Shown piece after piece: positions 38,503-51,980 of a stretch of 57,639 nucleotides of DNA. Under the pieces are notes generated by a model. The model did not search any database, had not been told where the DNA came from, and saw only the letters and a program-made list of their open reading frames with translations. A program made the translations under genes and the position numbers. Within the stretch, counting starts at the first letter, position 1. Each line of letters begins with the position of its first letter. Origin of the DNA: Octopus sinensis (lineage: Eukaryota). The DNA is taken from positions 1 through 57,639 of the forward strand of contig NW_021834282.1 of assembly GCF_006345805.1 (NCBI RefSeq). Direction: 5' to 3'.

Positions 38503-38672
38503 CGACAGGCTTCTTTCAGTTTCCGTCTACCAAATCCACTCACAAGGCATTGGTCGGCCCGGGGCAATAGCAGAAGACACTTGCCCAAGATGCCAAGCAG
38601 TGGGACTGAACCCGGAACCCGGAACCATGTGGCTGGTTAGCAAGCTACTTACCACACAGCCACTCCTGCGCC
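38279..38672 (-). mobile_element. SINE family A
   Basis: Near-full match, small internal deletion. Confidence 0.95.
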
Positions 38673-39068
38673 TACAACATAAGAATGAAATTACATATTT
38701 TAAAGATGATGACTGATTTAATGATCGAGACATGTAAGAATGTAACCTGAAGCGGAAACCCGAAGTCCAAATTATTCTCTCCTCAAAACTGAAGAACATA
38801 GTAGAATGAAGATATTTCAAGTATCTATTTTATTTTCTCACCCAAAATGATTTAATTAGTCCTAATCCCAAATCTCAGTTCATCTTTTTCCTGAGTAAAA
38901 TACTGAAGCTAGTATCTGAGTCCTTTAAATTTAAAAATTAATTTAAGAACAAATCAAGCTAAATAAATCATTTCGGTTTCCAAAAACTCTCGTCAATATT
39001 TGTGGAAGCAGCAACATTTATATCAGTCGACGGTAAAGAAAGGCGCTGTGAGAAAACAGACTTCTTGT

Positions 39069-39480
39069 GGATCTTTTCGGTTTGAACGGCAGTTTTTAAC
39101 ATAATTTCTAGGTAACTAAAAAATTTTAAACTTCGTATGCTGGTAGAATGTGTTTATAAAACATCTTTTTCTCTTGGCTTTATTGAGAAAATTCTATAGT
39201 TTGTAAGATATTTGTTGTTTTTTTTCTTCAATTTCTGCAATTTCAACCAATCACTGACGTCCATTGAGGTAAACAACATTCTGTGCCGTATGAATATGTC
39301 CCTCGTTCAAGAAACAGATTGGGTTTATTTACATTTGTGAAGAAAAAAAGATACCCTTCCCCCCACCCCTAACCCTAACCCTAACCCTAACTAACCCTAA
39401 TCCTAAAATAGATTAAAATGCAATAGATCGATACTAGGGTCACCGCTAGAAAAAAACTGCCGTTCAAACCGAAAAGATCC
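39069..39480. mobile_element. Merlin-like MITE with internal (CCCTAA)n
   Basis: ~29-bp TIRs GGATCTTTTCGGTTTGAACGGCAGTTTTT / AAAAACTGCCGTTCAAACCGAAAAGATCC; 8-bp TSD cttcttgt / cttctttt; (CCCTAA)n at 39367-39406. Confidence 0.85.
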
Positions 39481-39959
39481 CTTCTTTTTGCTTCTTTTCA
39501 AATAGCACTGTAATATATCAGCCAAGGAAAAAAGAAGAAAAAAAGAAACAGTCGTCAAACTGTATTTGAAAATCTTCGTCACTCCATTAGATACATGGTA
39601 GAAAGTAAGCGGCAGTTAAAGTAATGCACATAGCTTTGTTCAATGATATATTGCAACATCAGCTTAGTTGAATTGTTAAAGATCTGAAGCACAGCTATTC
39701 TGTTGGAAATAGTATTTATTTTTGCTCTGCAGCTTGATTTTGTCACGGCTTTAGGAACGAAGTACAGTTCATTGAGTATTGTTGCGCAATTGATCAAAGG
39801 CCAGGAAATTTGTTGAGTATTATCTCTGTTATTTCACAGCCAGAAAGCAAACTATAGATAAATTCACTGCCTTCAATATTATCAAATTCACGGAAAATCG
39901 AAAAATGTGTTACTGCGAAAGCAAGTTTTGCAACTGTAAAGGACTACCTTAGAGGTCAA

Positions 39960-40600
39960 ATCAAAGCTTTTCAAAAAATTTGGTTGTTTCCAGAACTAAG
40001 CAAGGATTGTCTGCAGAACATAATTCTCCTCGGGCATTCTGATGTTTAATAGATACGATGGGCAAGAAACTAGAAAGGCGGCGAGCTGGCAGAAGCATTA
40101 GCCGGGCGAAATGCTTAGCAGTATTTCGTCTGCCGCTACGTTCTGAATTCTAATTCAGCCGAGGTCGACTTAGCCTTTCATCCTTTAGGGATCGATTAAA
40201 TAAATACCAGTTACGCACTGGGCTCGATATAATCGACTTAATCTATTTGTCTGTCCTTGTTTGTCCTCTCTGTGTGTAGCCCCTTGTGTGTAGTAAAGAA
40301 ATAAGAAAGGGTAGCTGCAATGAAGAATGAATTCTCTTTAGTTTTAAATGACCAAGATATGAAAGTATAGCATTTCATTGATGATTTTTTTTTTGACTGA
40401 CCAAATCGTTATATGACTTGTATTTTTCAGCATTTAAATCAGCTCAGCTTGTCACTTCAGGTTGAAGGCAGTGGCATCTTCGATATTCTTGGGGAAATAG
40501 AAACCATGAAAAAGGAACTCCTTTCAATTGTACAGTAACTGTCGTAGATACAAAAATTCTCTATTTCCCTTCATTTGAAAATCTTCGTTAAAGAATATGA
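39960..40600 (+). pseudogene. hAT (Buster/Charlie-like) transposase remnant split by SINE B
   Basis: From ~40410: YMTCIFQHLNQLSLSLQVEGSGIFDILGEIETMKKEL resembles the LAYLADIFxHLNxLNLSLQG motif; the upstream portion is only weakly similar. Confidence 0.5.
40077..40303 (+). mobile_element. SINE family B, tail type 1
   Basis: Full-length match. Confidence 0.92.
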
Positions 40601-41425
40601 ATGGGAGGAAAAACAACTGGATCTGAGAAAGCGGGGGAAAACGACATAAACTCGACGTACGCCATTTAAACAACATTAAATCAAAATCGCCATTTGTGTA
40701 TCATACAGAAAGTGTATATACCGACAGAAAGCAAGATGCTGTGAAGTTGTCTGAGATCTCTTCATAGATTTGATAAGTTACAAGCTCAGTACATATCGGA
40801 GCGAGACGATTATATTGTGTATCGGCTGCTCGGCATTAACAAGCATCAAGAGAGGTGGAACGCTAGTCTCGTTTTCGTGAGTAAGCGACAATGTTCGTCT
40901 CACTCCGGTATATATAATATACTCCTAATGCAACATGTCTATGCAGAGATTTTATCTCAGACAATTACACATCATTCCTTCTAACGGATATATATATACG
41001 GATATATATATACATTTGCGTCAGAAATTAATTAGCACTTCTCAAATTTCTACATTAAATAGGTTAAATCAATTAACCTATGAGCTGTTCAAAACGTCTT
41101 ACGCGATGAGAAAACTTAGTATGGTGTGATTTCGGTCCTTGCGAGGCGTTACCTATATCTATTAAACAAAGGAAGATTTGTCTGCATCCGCACTCCAAGT
41201 TGTTGTTGCACTGCTATGTCAACATCATAAGGCTGTAGACTCTCAAACTGCTCTGCAAACAAAGTTACGTCATCGTTCTGCGCAACAGTGAACTCGCAAC
41301 AAAGCAATAGTTCGAGATATGGCCACTAGGTGACAGCACATACCTTGAGTGAAGAGCAAATCAAGGGTGCTAATTAATTTCTGACGGTAGTGTATATATA
41401 TATATATATATACGTATATATATTA

Positions 41426-41461
<36 letters not shown>

Positions 41462-41469
<8 letters not shown>

Positions 41470-41580
41470 ATCACGTGACCGACCAGGCTATCAGATGTTG
41501 CTACACATCGCTGGTCACAATGCGTTTCGCATTGTTTTAGCCTTCAAATGACGCTACCCTGCTGGCTAAGCGAGCAGGCC
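41462..41580. repeat. Short structured repeat fragment between (TA)n tracts
   Basis: GC-richer island with nested hairpins; only one copy here, so repeat status is from recall. Confidence 0.4.
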
Positions 41581-41599
41581 AATATATATATATAAACGG

Positions 41600-41643
<44 letters not shown>

Positions 41644-42587
41644 CGTATATATGTATTAACGGATATATATATATATATATATATATACTGTAATTCACAG
41701 GTGGGGTGGGGGTCATCACATGCAGCTACTGTCTCGTAATTCTGACTTTTCTCCAGAAGCATCCGCAAACTTTGAAAATTCAAATGTATTTTTTCCTTTC
41801 ATTTCCAGCTTCATCAAGCAAGAAAATTTCAAGGAAACGTCGGATGTAATGATGGAACTTCGTTATTCATCGTTACTATTTTATTCGTAAATCTTATTTT
41901 GCGATAAACTGCCCTTTTTTACATTGCCTCATATAAATCAATTTTATCTTTTGGGCCCTTCAACCATTAGCAATGATGACAACTTCCCTGACTAAACAAG
42001 AATTCTAGCCATAGCAGAATTGAAAACCGTGAAACAAAGTTCACTTCAGTATACAAATTCTGGAATATGGAGGAGGAAACGAAACCTCGGTTTGAATTGT
42101 ACATAGAAGTATAAGAATGGCATTGTCGTTGATAAAAGCAGTTAGTGTAGAAAAATATTGCATGTCATTTGTTTGTTTTAAACAAATCCAATGAGAAAAC
42201 ATTCTTTCAGGAATCCACTTCCGAAATTACAGTTTATTATTTTTATCTTATGTAAACTAGAAAAATTTTAATAATTTTTCTATTCGTAACTTTTGTTGAC
42301 GCATCAATATCCATATCCATCATATTTTTTGGATGTTTCAAAAAGCTGAAAAAAAAAAAATTAAGCAAAGATTTAAATTAAGTGACAAAATAAAAAATTT
42401 TACGATACACATGTAGGAAAAAGTTGAGAATTACGAACGAAATTTTATTAAGAAAACGCGATGGTGAATGATAACAAAATAGTCAACAAAGCACAAGTAT
42501 TATTCTGTCTGTTTCTTCATTTTTTCTCACTCCCTGCCTCACTTCCTCCCCCCTCTCCCCCCTCTCTCTCTCTCCCTATATATATAT

Positions 42588-42619
<32 letters not shown>

Positions 42620-42660
42620 CATACACCACACACATATATATATATATGATATATGTTTGT

Positions 42661-42910
42661 TCCTAGTCGAGCCATGCCTGGCTCATAAGGGCCGGTTTCC
42701 CGGTTTCCTTGGCGTATAGGTTCCCCATCTGCATGGGACGCCAGCCTGTCGCAGGTGAGCTGCAAGATGCAGGAGGAAAGAGTGAGAGAAAGTTGTGACG
42801 TGGAGCTTAAGTGCTTCGCTCATAAACACACACATCACCCGGTCTTAGATTCGAACCCGCGATTCCTCGACCGCGCGTCCGCTGCTCTAACGACTAAGCC
42901 ATGTATCTCC
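42661..42910 (-). mobile_element. SINE family D with internal deletion
   Basis: Matches 27999-28266. Confidence 0.85.
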
Positions 42911-42912
42911 AT

Positions 42913-43128
<216 letters not shown>

Positions 43129-44349
43129 CCTTTCACCATACACACATATTTAAACCGACCATAGCTATCGCTCACAAGTGAGTATGACGCGGTACCGCGC
43201 GGCACACTTTCGCAAAAATTTAATTTTGCGTCCAATGTAGTCGCGAGCAGACGTGGTGAACCCTTAGCGTTCCCAACCGTGATTCACCGGAACCTGTATT
43301 GCCTTAACGAGGGATATCCTCCTGTAAGTCATTCTCTTAACTATGGTGTAGCTTGCTCACTCCTCTTGAAATACACCATATACCCATATTATTTGTGTTT
43401 GAGTGACTTGGGGATTCAATTCACTCTCACTAGCTAAACTACTACTCAAGCCATAAGATTTACACGACGCCTATATTCACTATTGCATTGTTCCGTGGAG
43501 CAATGAAGTTATGGTTCTCATGTCATTTAACCTAAATGTTTGGCCTACACAAGATGTTATCAAAACCTAATCCGAGAACGAATATCCCTGTTGTGCACAA
43601 AGGAATGAGAATAATCAGTCATAATTTATTCCAAGATGATATGGAATAGGACAGGGATTTGAAGAAAGCGAAAGGATACCATGGCCAAAACGTTGTGACT
43701 AATAATTACTAATACGAACGTGTCAATTTACAGTAGCGTTGCTTTGTGAGTTTGTTAGTTACTCGTGAATGATGGCCGTGCAAAAGAAACTATCTTCTTC
43801 CGTGGGTACGTGACACAGACTGTTGTACATATTTGATGTGTAGTTTCTCTTGCTATTGCTTATTTAAATCAACTAATCTAGTTGCAGATTTCCAGGTTAG
43901 TATCTGGCATAACAACCGCTAGTTAATCTGAAGTAGACTGATGGCCGCTTAGGGATTCAAATCTATGAACTCATTTGTTTTCATGAGAAATTTTACAGGA
44001 TTAACAGTTTCGAAGTATTCTTTGTTATTATCTTCAAATAGAAGTGTAAATTGTTATCTCATAACACCATTGCCTGAGGTGGTCCCATGGTTTCTATGTT
44101 GACTATGTATAGTATCAGTATCCTCTGTTCTATAGCGCTGCTCTAGCATGACCTCAGAACACCGGCTGAAACTAATAAAAATATAAAACAGTAAGTTCGT
44201 ATATGTTATGTAATATTTGTATATTTGATCAAACCCTGGTTCTTGATTTTCAAAGCAAATCAAATTGGAAGTTAAATAATGAAACACCCAACGTTTTATA
44301 AGCAATCAACACCATTTGCATTAAATAAAGTGTAATGCATAAAGTTTAA

Positions 44350-44770
44350 GGCGTAGGGGTGGCTGTTGGTAAATAGCTTGCTTACGAACCACATGGTTCC
44401 GGGTTCAGTCCCACTGCGTGTCACCTAGGGGCAAGTGTCTTCTACTATAGCCTCGGGCCGACCAAAGCCTTGTGAGTGGATTGGGTAGATGGAAACTGAA
44501 AGAAGCCCGTCGTATATATGTATATGTATGTATGTATGTGTGTGTGTGTATATGTTTGTGTGTCTGTGTTTGTTCCCCCAACATCGCTTGAGAGCCGATG
44601 CTGGTGTGTTTACGTCCCCGTAACTTAGCGGTTCGGCAAAACAGACCGATAATAGAATAAGTGCTAGGCTTACAAAGAATAAGTCCTGGGGTTGAGTTGC
44701 TCGACTAAAGGGCGGTGATCCAGCATAGCCTCAGTCAAATGACTGAAACAAGTAAAAGAGTAAAAGAGTA
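44350..44770 (+). mobile_element. SINE family A
   Basis: Full-length match. Confidence 0.95.
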
Positions 44771-44949
44771 TTCATTGCAGTCCGAAGGTAGGTCAGAAAT
44801 TGGTATCAGCATTACTTGTATATTGCTACAACGCAACATGCACTTAAAATTTACTTAGAGCTGCGTAAAATCTTTTCCTTTAGCTAAACTTTTTCGGCAC
44901 AATTGTAACATTTAACATCCATCTGTTTCTTCGACATAGTTTAGTTATA

Positions 44950-45276
44950 GGCGCATGGATCATTGGTTAGAGCGTCGAGCTTACCATCATGAGGTTGTGA
45001 GTTCGAATCCCGGACCGGGCTGCGTGTTGTGTTCTTAAGCAAGACACTTTATTTCACGTTGCTCCAGTTCACTCAGCAGTAGAAATGAGTTGCAACGTCA
45101 CAGGTGCCACGCTGTATTGGCCTTTGCTTTTCCCTTGGATAACACTGGTGGCGCGGAGAGGGGAGGCCGGTATGCATGGGCGACTGCTGGTCTTCCATAA
45201 ACAACTTTGCCCGAACTTGTGCCTGTGAGGGTAACTTTCTAGGTGCAATCCCACGCTCAGTCTCAGAAGGGGGTCT
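44950..45276 (+). mobile_element. SINE family E (head H2, CORE-like centre, E tail)
   Basis: tggatcattggttagagc / gagttcgaatccc boxes; gtgttcttaagcaagacactttatttcacgttgctccag centre. Confidence 0.85.
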
Positions 45277-45490
45277 CAATCGAATATTTTGAAACAGTCT
45301 CCGATCTTTTTCTTATGTTATGTAAATCAACCATGGCGTCTTAGTCTTCTCATGTTGCTGCAATTGGTTAAAGTTTTCTGGCATAAGTCCTTCTTTCCCA
45401 TTCTACTTCTATCTGTAATCACTGATCTGTAGCGTCCTGTGCCCGCGAAGCAGCCGATATTCTAAAGTTAATTTGTCGTTCTTCTTTAAA

Positions 45491-45807
45491 GACTCCGCCG
45501 GTTGCGACGACGAGGGTCCCAGCTGATACGATCAACGGAACTGCTTGCTCGTGAAATTAACGTGCAAATGGCTGAGCATTCCACAGACACGTGTACCCTT
45601 AACGTAGTTCTCGGGGATAATCAGCGTGACACAGAGAGTGACAAGGCTGACCCTTTGAAATACAAGTACAACTCATTTTTGCCAGCTGAGTGGACTGGAG
45701 CAACGTGAAATAAAGTGTCTTGCTCAAGGACACAACGCGTCGCCGGGAATCGAACTCACAACCTTACGATCATGAGCCGAATGCCCTAACCACTAAGCCA
45801 CGCGCCC
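45491..45807 (-). mobile_element. tRNA-SINE (head H2, CORE-like centre, C tail)
   Basis: Reverse complement ggcgcgtggcttagtggttagggc...gagttcgattcccgg...gtccttgagcaagacac...cacgttaatttcacgagc. Confidence 0.9.
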
Positions 45808-46284
45808 TCACTGTCGTTCTTCTAATATTGACTAGTCAGTTTCATCGCTCCATCGTAAAACACGTGCTTTCACAGGCGGACTTCGTCATAGTGGGACACC
45901 ATAACACTTTTGTGATTGTAAAAATATTGAAAGAAATGTCAAAAGCTGGAAATGCAGAAGTGCAAATATCAAATGAAATTCGCGAGGAAGACAGTAAATG
46001 AAAAGAGAAATGGTGATACTGAAAGGTTTAGTCGAACCATTTAAAAAAAAATTGTGTGAATAATTGCATAAAGCTGACGTGTTAGAGTTGAGAAATGCGA
46101 CATACGGAATAAAGATGAAAGCTTAACTTCGAAACGAAAAAGTTGTATGACTGAAAAAGTATAATTCGTACGCAAACACACACACATACACACACACACA
46201 CACACACACGCACACACACACACACGAACACACATATTCAAAAACACATACATACATATGTACACATGTATATATATATATATA

Positions 46285-46335
<51 letters not shown>

Positions 46336-46781
46336 TATACATATCCACATACACATATATAACTGTGCTAGACATGTGTGTAAAACGTTCATTTCGTAAA
46401 TAACTGATGCGATATGTTGAGCATTAAGGGGCAGCCAAAATAAATATTTGGTGTGATGGGTAAGCAATTGCAAAGCTAAAAACACTTGTTTGTTTGGAGA
46501 GTATAAGAAAACTTGAAACAGAATTGTAAATATGAAAGGAGAAATACAACTGGGATATTTCTCAAAACATCATATAAAATATATTAAATTGCTCTAGACT
46601 TAAAAGCGATAAAACATAATATAGCATTATATGTATACACACAAATGCAGCCACACACACACACACACCACACACACGCATACACACATACGTATATATG
46701 TTACACACGCAAATACAGGCACACACATTCACACATTTATAAACATACACACGCTCATATATACATATTCACATACATGTG

Positions 46782-46839
<58 letters not shown>

Positions 46840-47093
46840 GTGTGTGTGTAATTATATATGATTGTATATATACAACACACAACTTGTGCATAAGATGCTG
46901 AAAGGAAATATTAAAAACGCCAGACCGGCAAATAAGAAAGTGAAAAAAAATGCTATTAAAAGTTGAACAAAAACTTAAAACAGCAAAGCGTAAATATGGA
47001 AGAAATATTTGAAAAAGTATAATATCGGTATTGCCACACTCCATAGACAAAAAAACAAGCTACAGACAAAAGATTTTATATATATATATATAT

Positions 47094-47768
47094 ATACTAA
47101 GTAATTAAGGGTTTAGCAACGAATTGCCTCACCAACACACCGAATTTAGAAATAGCAGTCAAAGAGATATAGCTATTCCTTCTACTAAAAGGGGGATCTC
47201 AGTAAAAACACAGCACTTGAAAGGCAAACACAGACAGGTAAGAAAGAAAGAATGAAATGACGGCAATCCATCATGCAATTTTACGTTACCTACGGACGTA
47301 CGTTTCGAGATCAAGTTTTAGGATAGCGTAAGAATTAGAAAATTCTACTTTACCCATACTTCTTCTCTCATCGGCGCAGGATACTACAATTATGAATAAT
47401 TGTATATTAAATTTTGAGATACTAGAATGCATCATCTCACCTCAGAGCGAGCTAAAGCATGACCAGTACCACGAAATTCAAAGTTTGAATGAAAGTTTGT
47501 GTCACCAGCCCCCTTCCACCCGCGTGTAGCCAAGATAAAATGCTGTGGTCATTTACTGGGATAAAATATGGTTATCAGTAATAATAAAAAACTGAAACAA
47601 TTAATTAGGGATATTATCAATTACACCAAGTAGATTTCAGCATGTAAAAGCCCCATTCGAGGAAAATTTAAGTAATACTAAGTAATTAAGGGTTTAGCAA
47701 CGAATTGCCTCACCAACACACCGAATTTAGAAATAGCAGTCAAAGAGATATAGCTATTCCTTCTACTA
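47094..47768. repeat. Identical 94-bp direct repeats bounding a 487-bp core (period 581 bp)
   Basis: 47094-47187 = 47675-47768; additional 18-bp duplication at 47769-47786. Confidence 0.9.
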
Positions 47769-47784
47769 TAGCTATTCCTTCTAC

Positions 47785-47816
<32 letters not shown>

Positions 47817-47860
47817 GAGATATATATACATACATATCTATAGGTCTGTTTGTATCTCTT

Positions 47861-48277
47861 TACTCTTACTCTTTTACTCTTTTACTTGTTTCAGTCATTT
47901 GACTGCGGCCATGCTGGAGCACCGCCTTTAGTCGAGCAAATCGACCCCGGGACTTATTTTTTCTAAGTCCAGTACTTATTCTATCAGTCTCTTTTGCCGA
48001 ATCGCTAAGTGACGGGGACGTAAACACACCAGCATCGGTTGTCAAGCAATGCTAGGGGGACAAACACAGACACACAAACACACACACATACATATATATA
48101 TATATACATATATACGACAGGCTTCTTTCAGTTTCCGTCTACCAAATCCACTCACAAGGCTTTGGTCGGCCCGGGGCTATAGCAGAAGACACTTGCCCAA
48201 GATGCCACGCAGTGGGACTGAACCTGGAACCATGTGGTTGTTTAGTAAGCTACTTACCACACAGCCACTCCTGCGCC
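47861..48277 (-). mobile_element. SINE family A
   Basis: Full-length match. Confidence 0.95.
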
Positions 48278-48750
48278 TATCTGGGTGTAGAAATATAAGA
48301 AAGTTAGGGCAACCTAGATCTTTGTCTCAGGAAAGTGTTGATATTCTGTGCTGCATTTTTCCTTTTGCCCAGAGAACTTAGGGGCCCAAATAATAACGAG
48401 GTTTCAAAAAACATACTCGCACATATTTATAGTTACATCTACGCATACAGGCACGAAATCCTCGGATTGGTGCACACAAACACACCACTACGTGTGTTTA
48501 TTTCAGGGTGGAAATATCGTGGGTCTACATGTGTACATGCATTTAAAAATGTCTACATTGAAAGTAAATTCTTTTAACTGTACATCATGTGTTTGCAGAG
48601 AGGAAAAATGGCGTCAGATTAGTAACTGTTCTGCGTTGGGAGTTCAGCAGCGATTGAATGTTCTCTGTAACTGCCCACAGAGAAATTATTTACAAACCCT
48701 TGATTACTATCGGCTCAAATAAAACTGATAGACCAATCTTCATAGTATAG

Positions 48751-49136
48751 TGGAAGCACTCCGCCGGTTACGACGATGAGGGTTCTGGTTGATCCGAATC
48801 AACGGAGCAGCTTGCTCGTGAAATTAACGTGTAAGTGGCTGAGCACTCCACAGACACGTGTACCCTTAACGTAGTTCTCGGGGATATTCAGCGTGACACA
48901 GAGAGTGACAAGGCCGGCCCTTTGAAATACAGGTACAACAGAAACAGGAAGTAAGAGTGAGAGAAAGTTGTGGTGAAAGAGTACAGCAGGGATCACCACC
49001 ATCCCCCTGCCGGAGCCTCGTGGAGCTTTATGTGTTTTCGCTCAACAAACACTCACAACGCCCGGTCTGGGAATCGAAACCGCGATCCTATGACCGCGAG
49101 TCCGCTGCCCTAACCAGTGGGCCATTGTGCCTCCAC
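48751..49136 (-). mobile_element. SINE family C, full length, with 11-bp TSD
   Basis: cttcatagtat at 48738-48748 and 49137-49147. Confidence 0.93.
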
Positions 49137-50308
49137 CTTCATAGTATGATGCATCAATGGCAGCTAGATTAGTTTACAGTGTTTTGTTTCGAAGCTATTA
49201 TGTGCTATAGACTATTTCTTTAGACTTTAGTCAACGGTGAATTCCTTGCCTTTATATTTGTTGTGTTTGGAGGAATGGGCAATACTCATGACATTGGGGT
49301 TTAAGGAACTTATTGTCGTCAATGTTCTATTTAAACTGTTATAGGTCAACACCAGGAGGAAAGAAATTAAGGAAATGGTCAGGGAGAAGACTCCGCGTAA
49401 TAAAGTTATATAACTACGTTGTCTTCATAAATAATATCTTCGTGGATAGAATCAAAAACGCAGCTGGACTAGCTTCGATGCTGGGTTAAGATTTCGTCCA
49501 CATGTGAATACTCTTTTTAACTCTCCATAGAGACACTACTTACAAAACCACCATTACAAAAGACTTAGGTAAATCCGATGAATAACCAATTTGCATATAA
49601 TAAAACGTTCTTCGGAGATGGTTGTTTTTAACTTTGAAGACAATATAGCATTCTTTCCATTGTATATTCTTTCTCATATTATATTGCATGAATACAATAT
49701 CTTTCCTGGTACTTCACTTTTTTTAAAAATTTAAATTCTAATACATTATTCTTCTTAATCTACAGACTTTCTAATCTTTATTCTCCATAATCTTTATTCT
49801 TTCCGATTGATTTTCAGTTTTTCGCCAAAATTTATCTTTTCAGTTTGAAGAATTATTTATGAAGCGATTTCAAAAAAGAGATTAACTTCTCTTGGGAAAT
49901 TACAAGACCAAAAACGAATGTAAAAAACTTGATTGCGTTTCATACAGGAGTTATTGTTTCAAAGAAATCCTCAATACAATGAAATCTACTAGATTTGTAC
50001 GGATACGAACATTTTCAAGTTGGTCCTTTTCATTAAGTTTGACTTGAGACGGATTTTATAAGTATGATCTAAGTTCAATATTAACCCTGTTTATGAAATG
50101 GGCATCAATAACAAATTACTGGTACTCATTCTAACTCACCTGCACAAATTGAACTCATGCGATGCAAGAAGGTGACTTAGAAGTAAGACCTTTTGACTCG
50201 CACCACCGGTCCTGTTGCTCACCATTTCAGTGGCAGTATGAACGGCGATGATGATAATGATGATGATGATGATGATGATGATGATGCTGATGATGATGAT
50301 GATGATGC

Positions 50309-50349
<41 letters not shown>

Positions 50350-50389
50350 CTTGTTGTGGTGATTATGAAGATAAAGATACTGATGCAAT

Positions 50390-50597
50390 TAGCTGACAGA
50401 TCCGTTAGAAGGCCGGAAAAAATGGTTAGTGGCATTTCGTCCGTCTATACGTTCTCAGTTCAAAATCAACCCGGGTCGACTTTATCTTTCATCCCTTCGG
50501 AGTCGATGAAACAAATACCAGTTGTGTACTGGGGTTGATCTAATCGACTTCTCATTTCTTTCGAAATTGATGTCCTTTTACCAAAATTTGAAACCAT
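50390..50597 (+). mobile_element. Diverged SINE B after a (GAT)n tract
   Basis: ggcatttcgtccgtctatacgttctcagttcaaa...gggtcgactttatctttcatcccttcggagtcgat. Confidence 0.75.
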
Positions 50598-50610
50598 CAT
50601 TATTATTATT

Positions 50611-50943
50611 TGATGAAAAGTCTCCGCTTATTTTGCTGGGTATGATGGAAAGTGTCAGATGCCCCACAGCCAGCAAGCCAAGGTGACACTTGTTTACTGG
50701 TCATGCTTCAAGAACCCTGCAAATAACTCTTGTAGTTCCAAGCAATGATGATTTTTGTAGGTCTTCTATCTTTACATTTGTACCAATCTTTTTGAGCCAA
50801 TGTTGGTAGCTGGGTGCTGATACTTCCAAGTTCGTTCTTCCCTCTCTTCGATCCTGTTGTCACTGGGACATGCTATGTCGATTACCATATCTTTTTTGTT
50901 CATCACAACAATGTTAGGCTTCTAGTGTCTGATCAGATGTTCG
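50611..50943 (-). pseudogene. 3' end of an R4/Dong-like RLE non-LTR retrotransposon
   Basis: Manual translation: KPNIVVMNKK / MVIDIACPSDNRIEEREE..KYQ / WLKKIGTNVKIEDLQKSSLLGTTRVICRVLEA*; restriction-like endonuclease C-terminus; TAA repeats on both flanks. Confidence 0.8.
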
Positions 50944-50969
50944 TTATTATTATTATTATTATTATTATT

Positions 50970-51002
<33 letters not shown>

Positions 51003-51370
51003 GCTGCTGCTGCTGCTGTTGTTATTGTTGTTGTTGATTTGACTCAGGTTCGTTCTTATTCCTCGTAGAATTTATATGGGTAACGCGTAACCTTAGGTAT
51101 CCAAAAGCTTTCAGTAGTCTTTCTATTGCTTAAAACCCTTCTGATAATCTATCTTGTTTCTAAGGGGCAAACTTTCTGTAGAAACTCTACAGGAATTCTT
51201 TTCCAATCTCCTTAAACAGTTTGTCTATATCTTTACTCACAGTTCCCATTTCACCAATTATTATAGGCACAACCTTTGCTGTTTTCATATTCTAGCAATT
51301 TCAAATTTTACTATTATTATTATTATAATTATTATTAATATTATTGAGAGAGAGAGAGAGTGAGAGAGAG

Positions 51371-51679
51371 AGAGAGCAGTGCATGCCATCAAAATGACAC
51401 TGGGGTAAAATATACGAAACCCAGTATACCCATCATGACTACCCGTCTGTTAAGGGTACACTAGGCACATGTATCACAACCATATGTGCGTGACATGGAG
51501 ATCTCATATCAAGATAAACAGCGCATGACCTTGCAGGTGGGGCCCAGTTGGAATTTTCTTCTGGTCGAGTAGCCCATTCCGCTCAAAAGGTCCCTGAATA
51601 GGGGTTGTTTAAGGATGTTGAACAAAACATCCATGTTTCCAGAGGTGAATTATTCAAACCCCAAAGAACTCCTCTCAAC
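51371..51679 (-). mobile_element. Repeat G, partial inverted copy
   Basis: Reverse complement of ~25885-26194. Confidence 0.85.
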
Positions 51680-51766
51680 TAAATTAAGTATCAGTTGTGC
51701 ACTGGGATCGATGTAACCAACTTAGCTTCTACCAGAACTTGCTGACCTTCTGTCAAAATATGAAAC

Positions 51767-51774
<8 letters not shown>

Positions 51775-51839
<65 letters not shown>

Positions 51840-51840
51840 T
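51775..51840. repeat. (TTA)n microsatellite
   Basis: Direct reading. Confidence 0.95.
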
Positions 51841-51980
51841 TGATTCATTTAACTTCTCAGTTATCTGTGTCTATGTTGCCTCTCACCTCTATCCTGCAGC
51901 TTAGAGACGCAGCACTTTCCTCAACATATGAGCTATTCCAAATATTGCTATCATCTGAATACTTTCTAAGAAGTTCGATA

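Noticed and set aside
49380-49700. LYGELKR-like peptide on the minus strand suggesting an RTE remnant
   Set aside because: Only a few residues match, with no flanking motifs
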